Part shown: positions 56,966-64,000 of the stretch, in pieces
Position numbering within the stretch: the first letter of the stretch is position 1
Layout: every line of letters begins with the position of its first letter
Origin: an uncultured Candidatus Saccharibacteria bacterium
Lineage (GTDB): Bacteria > Patescibacteriota > Saccharimonadia > Saccharimonadales > Saccharimonadaceae
Assembly (NCBI GenBank): GCA_964394555.1
Contig: CAYMXW010000001.1
Coordinates: 16,692-80,691 of the forward strand
Reading direction: 5' to 3'
DNA length: 64,000 nt
Notes under the pieces: model-generated
What the model was told of the DNA's origin: nothing
What the model saw: the letters and a program-made list of their open reading frames with translations, nothing else
Database searches by the model: none
Program-made: the position numbers and the translations under genes

Positions 56966-58414
56966 ATGTTTAAAAATCTTTTTAAGCGTTCGTGGCTGTC
57001 GGTGACGCGGAAATTGAGCCGTACAATTATCATTGGCTTGGTGTTGTTTGCGATGGGAAGCCTGATGCTGGCCACAATAATTATTAAATCGGCTGTTAAT
57101 GAATCTACGGAGTATGCTAAGGAGACTCTGGGAGCCACGGTTTCTTTACAGGCTGATATGTCGAAGTTGCGCGAAGAGCGTAAATCTAGCGATGATAAGG
57201 ATTTTGATCCTAGCAAAATGTTTGAACGTCCAGCGGTGACTAAATCTACGGCTGACAAAATTGCCGATTCTGACTATGTTAAAGATTACACATATAGCAT
57301 TTCTGCTACTGCTGATGCTGATAGTTTGACGGCAGTGGAAAGCAAGGGCCCTAGTATGGGTGATAATAAGGGTGGTTCATTTGGTAATTTTGGCGGTAAG
57401 ACTGATGATTCGTCTGAAACAACTACTGGTGATTTTACGATTTCTGGTATCAATGGTTATGCCTATATTGATGGCGTGAGTTCGGGTACACTTACCATTA
57501 GTGACGGTACTTATTTTAACGAGGGCGATACCGACAAGATAATGGTTTCGGCCGATTTAGCGGAAGCCAATAATTTAAGTGTGGGTGACAAGATTACCTT
57601 TAAGAATGTTTACACTAACAAAACTGCGCAATTAACTATTATAGGGATTTATGATTCGTCATTGAACTTTAGTAACGCCAATACTATTTATATGAATATT
57701 GACACAGCGGCGAAGTTTTTGAGTAATGATGATTATAATAAGGGTGATTTTGATGTTGAAAGCGTGAGTTATACTATGAATAACGCCGAAGATATAGAAG
57801 CCTTTATCAGCGAGATTAACGAAAATTATCCGGAATTAGCTGAGGCTAATATTACTGCAAGTGAAGACACTAGGGTTTATGACCAAATGGTGGGACCGAT
57901 TGAGTCGGTGGGCTCGTTTGCGACGACGATTCTAATTATTGTGACAATTGCGTCAATAATTGTAATTACATTAATTGTGACAATTAATGTAAAAGACCGT
58001 CGTTATGAAATGGGTGTACTACTTTCGCTTGGCGCCAAGAAGATTAATATTATCGGTCAAATTTTCGTCGAGATTGCAATGATAGGAGCAGTAGCATTTG
58101 GGTTAAGCGCTTGCGTGGCTACTGCGCTAGCGGACGCAATGGGGCAAACGATTCTTGAAGCGCAAGTTGCCAATACTACCGAGAACTTTGGGCGCCCGAG
58201 TGGTGGTCCTAGTGGCGATATGTCAATTCCGAGTGATTTTAAAGGCGAGATGCCTGACGATAACCAAAATTATTCTATTGATATTCATGCGCAACCAATT
58301 GATTTCTTGCTACTCTTTGTCTGTGGCTATGGTGTGATTATTCTGGCTCTACTGGTGCCATCGATTAATATCTTACGTTATCAACCTAAACAAATCCTTC
58401 AAGGAAAGGAGTAA
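56966..58414 (+). CDS. MacB/FtsX-family ABC permease
   Basis: KRSWLSVTRK, large extracellular domain, and KDRRYEMGVLLSLGA. Confidence 0.9.
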   Translation: MFKNLFKRSWLSVTRKLSRTIIIGLVLFAMGSLMLATIIIKSAVNESTEYAKETLGATVSLQADMSKLREERKSSDDKDFDPSKMFERPAVTKSTADKIADSDYVKDYTYSISATADADSLTAVESKGPSMGDNKGGSFGNFGGKTDDSSETTTGDFTISGINGYAYIDGVSSGTLTISDGTYFNEGDTDKIMVSADLAEANNLSVGDKITFKNVYTNKTAQLTIIGIYDSSLNFSNANTIYMNIDTAAKFLSNDDYNKGDFDVESVSYTMNNAEDIEAFISEINENYPELAEANITASEDTRVYDQMVGPIESVGSFATTILIIVTIASIIVITLIVTINVKDRRYEMGVLLSLGAKKINIIGQIFVEIAMIGAVAFGLSACVATALADAMGQTILEAQVANTTENFGRPSGGPSGDMSIPSDFKGEMPDDNQNYSIDIHAQPIDFLLLFVCGYGVIILALLVPSINILRYQPKQILQGKE

Positions 58415-58417
58415 ACT

Positions 58418-59080
58418 ATGTCAAATAAGAAAATACTTGAAATTCAAGATTTAAATTATACCTATAACGATCAGGCTGAGCCGACTGAGGTACTAAAAAA
58501 TATCAATGCTAAATTTGAACCCGGTAAACTCTATGCGATTCGGGGTGAGTCAGGTTCGGGTAAAACCACCCTACTATCGCTACTTTCGGCGCTTGACCAA
58601 ATTCAATCCGGTGATATTACCTATGGTGGTAAATCGATTCGTGAAATTGGTCTGGATAATTTTCGTCTGCATTATGCTAACATTGTGTTTCAAAGTTATA
58701 ATCTAATTAAATATATGACTGCTAAGGAAAATGTGGAGGTGGCGATTGATTTTGCTAAAAGTCAAGATGACCCAAATAAATATTTAAAGCAGGTAGGATT
58801 GACGGAAGCCGAGGGCAAGCGTCTAATTAATAAGCTTTCGGGTGGACAACAGCAACGCGTGGCGATTGCGCGGGCGCTGGCTAGTAATACGCCGATTATA
58901 TTTGGTGATGAGCCCACTGGTAATCTCGACGAAGATACGGAAGCCAAAATCATTAAGATTTTTAAAGATTTGGCCAAAAAAGATCATAAAATTGTGATTT
59001 TAGTAACACATTCCAGCAAGGTTGCTAGCCATGCCGATGTGGTTTATAAACTTTCGCGTGGTAAATTAACTAAAGAATAA
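58418..59080 (+). CDS. ABC transporter ATP-binding subunit
   Basis: [18 protein letters not shown] and GDEPTGNLD. Confidence 0.92.
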   Translation: MSNKKILEIQDLNYTYNDQAEPTEVLKNINAKFEPGKLYAIRGESGSGKTTLLSLLSALDQIQSGDITYGGKSIREIGLDNFRLHYANIVFQSYNLIKYMTAKENVEVAIDFAKSQDDPNKYLKQVGLTEAEGKRLINKLSGGQQQRVAIARALASNTPIIFGDEPTGNLDEDTEAKIIKIFKDLAKKDHKIVILVTHSSKVASHADVVYKLSRGKLTKE

Positions 59081-59728
59081 TTACCACTCGATTTCGGGGA
59101 GGTGATTGACCTTTAGGAATTCGTTGGTTTTGCTAAAATGGTGGTTGCCAAAAAAGCCGGCGTGAGCAGATAAAGGTGAAGGGTGGACGCTTTCTAAAAT
59201 AAGATGTTTAGAACTATCAATTAAAGGTTTTTTACTGCGCGCATCGCGTCCCCACAGAATAAATACTAGGTGAGGGCGGGTATCGTTGAGATATTTAATG
59301 GTGGCTTCGGTGAAAATTTCCCAACCTTTGCCACGGTGACTGCCGGCTTTGTGTGCTTCTACGGTCAAGACGTTATTTAGTAGCAAAACGCCTTGTTCTT
59401 GCCAATGGCCGAGATAGCCGGAATTATTATGATGCTGGCCGATATCGTTATCGATTTCTTTATAGATATTAATTAAGGAAGGGGGGATAGGTTGTGATGG
59501 TGGTACAGAAAAAGCTAGACCATGCGCGGCGCCCGGAGTATGATACGGGTCTTGACCAAGAATTACTACGGAAACTTTGTCTAGGTCAGTGGTGAAAGCG
59601 GAGAATACTAAGGATTTTTTAGGAAATACTGTAGTGGTTTCGTAGGCTTGGTGGAGAAATTCACTTAATTCCTTGAAATAAGGTTTGTCAAATTCAGCTT
59701 TTAAAAATGGTTGCCAACTTTCGTGCAT
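59081..59728 (-). CDS. ung: Uracil-DNA glycosylase (family 1)
   Basis: ILGQDPYH, PPSL.NI, GVLLLN and HPSPLS. Confidence 0.97.
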   Translation of the reverse strand: MHESWQPFLKAEFDKPYFKELSEFLHQAYETTTVFPKKSLVFSAFTTDLDKVSVVILGQDPYHTPGAAHGLAFSVPPSQPIPPSLINIYKEIDNDIGQHHNNSGYLGHWQEQGVLLLNNVLTVEAHKAGSHRGKGWEIFTEATIKYLNDTRPHLVFILWGRDARSKKPLIDSSKHLILESVHPSPLSAHAGFFGNHHFSKTNEFLKVNHLPEIEW

Positions 59729-61078
59729 TTAGATTTTGTACTCCCAGATTGGACCGTTAGCGGTGTCGTTAATGATGACGTTTTGCTTTTCTAACTCGGC
59801 GCGGAGTTTGTCGGCGGTAGCAAAATCTTTGTCTAGGCGAGCCTGCTCGCGTTGCTTAATGAGATCTTTTAAGCTATCGGCAATATCGGGTGTATCTTCA
59901 ATCAGATTTAAACCAAATAGTTCGTCGACTGTTTGCCAGTCGGCGAAACTTAGGTTGCTGTTGTCAATTAATGAGAACGCGGCGGCGGAGTTAAGGTTGT
60001 CATTGAGATGTTTAAGGAGCGAGGATTTGAAGGTTTTTTCGTGAGAAGCATTGTCAGTTTGATATAGTAAAGCAATTCTACTACGCCAATTGAGACGGCG
60101 TTGTTTGGCGGCGGCGAGGTCTTCAAAAGTGAAATTACGCTCGCTTTGGTAATGCCCTTGCAAAATCCACATTTTGAAATCGAGGGGTGAAAATCCGCGT
60201 TCTTTTAAATCTTCCAGGGTGTAAATATTACCAAGAGATTTGGAAATTTTGTGACCGTCAATAGTGATAAAATTACAATGAAGCCAAAAATTGCTGAGTT
60301 TAGTATCAAAAGCGGCTTCGCTTTGAGCGATTTCGTTAGTGTGATGTACTGGCACGTGGTCGATACCGCCGGTGTGGATATCGATAGGTTCACCGAGTTC
60401 GGTGTGGATGATGGTGGAACATTCGAGATGCCAGCCGGGGTAACCGGGACGACCAAGATAATTCCAGCGCATGGCGTGAGTTTCGCCCGGTTTAATAAAT
60501 TTCCAGACGGCAAAATCGGAAGGATGAAGCTTGCCGGCGTTAAACTCGACCCGAGCGCCGGCTTGTAGGTTTTTAAGATCTAGTTTGGCAAAATCGGCAT
60601 AACGCGGAAAGTGATCGGTGTTAAAATAAACGCCATCGGGCAATTCGTAAGTAAAACCCTTTTTGGTTAGCAAATCAACTAGTTTGATGTCCTCTTCGAT
60701 ATAGTCAGTGGCGCGGGTGATTTTGCTAGGTTTGATTAGATTGAGACTGTAAAAACTGGTGAGAAAATCTTCAATATAGTAATCAGCGATTTCCCAAACA
60801 GTTTTGTGTTCGCGCGCAGCGCCTTTTTCAAGTTTATCTTCGCCCTCGTCAGCGTCAGATGATAAATGGCCGACGTCGGTGATGTTAAGAATACGATTGA
60901 CATTGTAGCCGTTAGCTTGAAGTGTGCGGATAAGTAAATCCCAGTAGATATAAGAAGCGTAGTTGCCAATGTGGGGGTGACTGTAAACGGTGGGGCCGCA
61001 AGTGTAAATTTTGACTTCGTCCTTATTAATAGGGACAAAAGTTTCAATTTTGCGGGTAAGGGTGTTATATAGTTTCAT
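59729..61078 (-). CDS. cysS: Cysteine--tRNA ligase
   Basis: CGPTVY..PHIGN, PGWHLECS, DIHTGG.DH..HH.NEIAQ and KISKSLGN. Confidence 0.97.
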   Translation of the reverse strand: MKLYNTLTRKIETFVPINKDEVKIYTCGPTVYSHPHIGNYASYIYWDLLIRTLQANGYNVNRILNITDVGHLSSDADEGEDKLEKGAAREHKTVWEIADYYIEDFLTSFYSLNLIKPSKITRATDYIEEDIKLVDLLTKKGFTYELPDGVYFNTDHFPRYADFAKLDLKNLQAGARVEFNAGKLHPSDFAVWKFIKPGETHAMRWNYLGRPGYPGWHLECSTIIHTELGEPIDIHTGGIDHVPVHHTNEIAQSEAAFDTKLSNFWLHCNFITIDGHKISKSLGNIYTLEDLKERGFSPLDFKMWILQGHYQSERNFTFEDLAAAKQRRLNWRSRIALLYQTDNASHEKTFKSSLLKHLNDNLNSAAAFSLIDNSNLSFADWQTVDELFGLNLIEDTPDIADSLKDLIKQREQARLDKDFATADKLRAELEKQNVIINDTANGPIWEYKI

Positions 61079-61904
61079 GTTCGAGATATTCCTTTAGTGC
61101 TAGTTTTATTTTATCACGTTTTGAGGGTGAAATGTCGTGTTGGGCAGTGACCTGTTCGAGTTTAACAAAATTAGAATTGGTTTTGGCGATATCGCTGAGG
61201 TTGGCTTGAATGACTAGAGGGTCAAAACGACCGTGTATGATGACAGTAGGGATGGTGAGATGTTTGAATAGTTGGTAGTTTTGATGGTTTAAAACGATGT
61301 TTTTCATGGAGCGTTCAAAAGCGGTAGTTTTGAGGTATTCGGCGCGAAAGCTGGAAACTTTTTGGACGAAATTAGCGAGAGTTTTAATAATTGGATCTTC
61401 GGCGATTTTGGGTAGAGTGTCGTAAGATTTTTGATAAAATTTGTCGGGTAGTTTGGCGGCTTCGCTGGCTTTGAGTACGGGTGGTGATACGAGAATCAGG
61501 CGAGCGATTTTTCCGGGATGGTTAGTAGCAAAGTTAGCAGCGATGAGTGAGCCCATAGAATGCCCGACCAGAATAATAGGCGTTTTAATGCGTAAGTGCC
61601 GAATAGTTTTTAAGAGAGCTTTGTTATATTCGTCGTAATCGTAATTTAGCCAATCAGCGCGCAAGGCTTTACCAAACCCGAGCAAATCAAGCGTGATAAA
61701 ACGAAAATTTTTGAGACCACTATCTTTAACAAAAGTGTTAGTAGTGGGATACCAAGTGGCGGAGGTGGCGGCGATACCGTGTAAAAAAATGACCGTGAAT
61801 TTAGCATCTTTGTTACGTGAATCGAAAGTGCGTTTGAGTTTGATGGGATTTTTAAGAATTTTGTACCAAAAATAAGTGATGAGATTATAAAGTTTAGTTT
61901 TCAT
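61065..61904 (-). CDS. Alpha/beta hydrolase
   Basis: FLHGI, DLLGFG, GHSMG, HGRFD and AQH. Confidence 0.86.
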   Translation of the reverse strand: MKTKLYNLITYFWYKILKNPIKLKRTFDSRNKDAKFTVIFLHGIAATSATWYPTTNTFVKDSGLKNFRFITLDLLGFGKALRADWLNYDYDEYNKALLKTIRHLRIKTPIILVGHSMGSLIAANFATNHPGKIARLILVSPPVLKASEAAKLPDKFYQKSYDTLPKIAEDPIIKTLANFVQKVSSFRAEYLKTTAFERSMKNIVLNHQNYQLFKHLTIPTVIIHGRFDPLVIQANLSDIAKTNSNFVKLEQVTAQHDISPSKRDKIKLALKEYLEHETI

Positions 61905-62880
61905 TTTGAGGTAGGAGCTTAGGAATTAAGTTGATTAAATCGGCCAAGACAGTTTCGTAGTTAGTGTCATAAGTGCGAAAACCGGCAGCGTAAGGATGGC
62001 CGCCACCGCCAAAGAATTCGGCGATTTGGTCGGCAATGGGGGCTTCGGTATTAGTACGAATTTTGCCGGTAAGTTTGCCGTCGGGATAAGTTTTGATGGC
62101 GATACAAACTTTGACGTTTTCGACCATGCGCATTTCTTCAATTATCAGCACGCCTGGATTGTATTCGTCGGAATAATTTTTGATATCATCAAACGGAATA
62201 AGTACTGTGGCGAGAGCGTCGTCAAGTGAATAATCGATGCGCTTGATGAGATCGGCTTTGTAATCGAGAATGCGCTTGGATTTTTTCATAAATTCGTGGC
62301 GACGTTCTTCGAGCTCGCTGATATTGGCGCCAAGGTCGACTAAGTTTGCGACATCGAGGAAAGTTTGAGAGGAGACTGAGGCGCTAGTGAGGCCTAGAGT
62401 GTCAGAAAGGATGCCTTGTAGTAAGACTTCGGCGGTAGGTTTATCGATAGGGAGATTTTCGGCGAGAGCAATTTTATAAATTAGGCTACAACAGGCCGGT
62501 AGGGTTTCAATGATAGATTGGTGCGGAAAATCTAAATCATCAGCAGTTTCGTGATGGTCTAATACTAGGACGGGAGCAGAATAAAGGCGATTTTTAGCGG
62601 CTGGATCTTCGAGAACTTTGGAAAGGAGAATCTTAGCTGCGGTATCAACAATAATGTAACCATCGGCTTTGTAGTCGAATTCGTTGGTGACTAGTCCCCA
62701 GTCGGAAAAATAGCGTAAGTATTTGGGAATATCAACCGGACAGTAAAGAGTGGTCTCGATGTCTTTGAGTAAATAACTGAGTGCGATGGCCGAACCAAGC
62801 GAATCACCATCGGGATTCTCGGCCTGAATGATGCAAATTTTTTGCTTACCCTTAATAAAATCGGAAAACATATCGTACAT
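61894..62880 (-). CDS. DHH-family phosphoesterase (NrnA/c-di-AMP PDE-like)
   Basis: PDGDSLGS, VDT, LDHH, GILSDT and GGGGHPYAAG. Confidence 0.9.
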   Translation of the reverse strand: MYDMFSDFIKGKQKICIIQAENPDGDSLGSAIALSYLLKDIETTLYCPVDIPKYLRYFSDWGLVTNEFDYKADGYIIVDTAAKILLSKVLEDPAAKNRLYSAPVLVLDHHETADDLDFPHQSIIETLPACCSLIYKIALAENLPIDKPTAEVLLQGILSDTLGLTSASVSSQTFLDVANLVDLGANISELEERRHEFMKKSKRILDYKADLIKRIDYSLDDALATVLIPFDDIKNYSDEYNPGVLIIEEMRMVENVKVCIAIKTYPDGKLTGKIRTNTEAPIADQIAEFFGGGGHPYAAGFRTYDTNYETVLADLINLIPKLLPQNEN

Positions 62881-62919
62881 ACTCTGTTATTATAACACAT
62901 TTTATGTTATACTAAAAAT

Positions 62920-64000
62920 ATGGAAATAGTTATGATTATAATTGGGATGGTAATAGTTGGTTTGCTGGTGGTGTTATTGATACGCAAACCTAAGGCTAAT
63001 ATTGATACTTCTAAACTGGAAGAGCGCTTGATTCGAGTGGAGGGGCAACTCGATAAGATTAATCCAAAAATTGAGCAAGAGTTTCGCGAAAATCGCAAAG
63101 AAATCACCGAGAATTTGCGTCACATAGAGAGTAGTAATGAGAAGAAGCTAGATGAGATGCGTGAGACAGTGGATGAAAAATTGCAAAAATCGGTTGAAAA
63201 ACGATTCAATGAAAGTTTTAAGACAATATCAGGTCAGTTGACACAAGTATATCAGGGACTGGGCGAGATGAAGAATTTAGCGAGCGGAGTGGGTGATTTG
63301 AAAAAAGTGATGGAAGGTGTGAAAACGCGTGGGATTTATGGTGAAGTGCAGTTAGGGGCGATTATCGCGGATGTTTTGACGGCTAGTCAGTATGAAGAAA
63401 ATATTGTGACGAAAAAAGGCTCAAATGATCGAGTGGAATTTGCGGTGAAGATGCCTGGTAAAGAAGAAACAGTGTATTTGCCAATAGATTCAAAGTTTCC
63501 GGTAGAAAATTATTCGCGGCTAATTGCGGCTTATGATGCTGGTGATAAGGAGTTGATTGTAAAATCGCAAAAAGCTTTGGCGACTGATGTTAAAGAGCAG
63601 GCAAAAAAGATTTCAACTAAGTATATTGACCCACCGATGACAACGGATTTTGGTATGATGTTTGTGCCGACTGAGAGTTTATATGCGGAGATTTTGCGGA
63701 TTCCGGGACTTTCGGACGAAGTGCGACAAAAATATCATATTGCGATTGCAAGTCCGTCGACTTTGCCGGTGATGTTATCGGGACTTTTAATGGGCTTTAA
63801 GACGGTAGCTATTGAAAAGCGTTCTTCGGAGGTATGGCAGACTCTAGGCGCAGTAAAAACGCAGTTTGGTAAATTTGGTGATTTGTTGGAAGGTGTACAG
63901 AAGAAATTACAAGAGTCGGCGAACAAGATTGAAAATGCCAAGACGACTTCGCGGCAAATCGAGCGTAAACTCAAAGACGTTGAATCACTCCCAGAAAGCG
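62920..64000 (+). CDS. rmuC: DNA recombination protein RmuC (runs off the right edge)
   Basis: Missed by the ORF track. N-terminal TM, coiled coil, KTRGIYGEVQL, LPIDSKFP, KYIDPP.TTDF..MFVPTESLY and SPSTL. Confidence 0.93.
   Translation, partial: MEIVMIIIGMVIVGLLVVLLIRKPKANIDTSKLEERLIRVEGQLDKINPKIEQEFRENRKEITENLRHIESSNEKKLDEMRETVDEKLQKSVEKRFNESFKTISGQLTQVYQGLGEMKNLASGVGDLKKVMEGVKTRGIYGEVQLGAIIADVLTASQYEENIVTKKGSNDRVEFAVKMPGKEETVYLPIDSKFPVENYSRLIAAYDAGDKELIVKSQKALATDVKEQAKKISTKYIDPPMTTDFGMMFVPTESLYAEILRIPGLSDEVRQKYHIAIASPSTLPVMLSGLLMGFKTVAIEKRSSEVWQTLGAVKTQFGKFGDLLEGVQKKLQESANKIENAKTTSRQIERKLKDVESLPES

Overview
Ordinary-chromosome window from a streamlined bacterium, most consistent with Candidatus Saccharibacteria (Patescibacteria/CPR). 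The taxonomic call is inference from gene content: rpsB-tsf-frr without pyrH, short MetK/ProRS/SmpB, VirB2-like pilin and CPR-type secreted proteins. I call 59 CDS (43 on the minus strand) and two tRNAs (Leu-CAA, Gln-TTG). I see no integrase, transposase, CRISPR array or rRNA. Housekeeping genes (tgt, queA, metK, xth, smpB, ftsEX, prfB, murD, secA, serS, lysS, proS, cysS, greA, rpsB-tsf-frr, rpmE, ung, rmuC) are mixed with host-interaction candidates: a 1053-aa lysozyme plus four Cys-His amidase-like modules, a cutinase-vWA-PKD protein, two alpha/beta hydrolases and two GT4 enzymes. The strongest non-annotated signals: (1) three related 115-125 bp multi-branched palindromic elements sharing the core hairpin GGCCCGTCGYYACGGGC, two of them inside protein-coding frames; (2) a ~5 kb block with reversed GC skew that ends at one of these elements; (3) TGnTATAAT-N6-ATG (likely leaderless) starts across the window, including a 20-bp near-palindromic bidirectional promoter; (4) a CiaRH-like two-component module with two identically spaced TTTTAG-N5-TTTAAG-N10-TAWAAT sites; (5) an NrdR-boxed nrdD-nrdG-iscS-iscU operon; (6) an H-type pseudoknot next to the rpsB ribosome-binding site.
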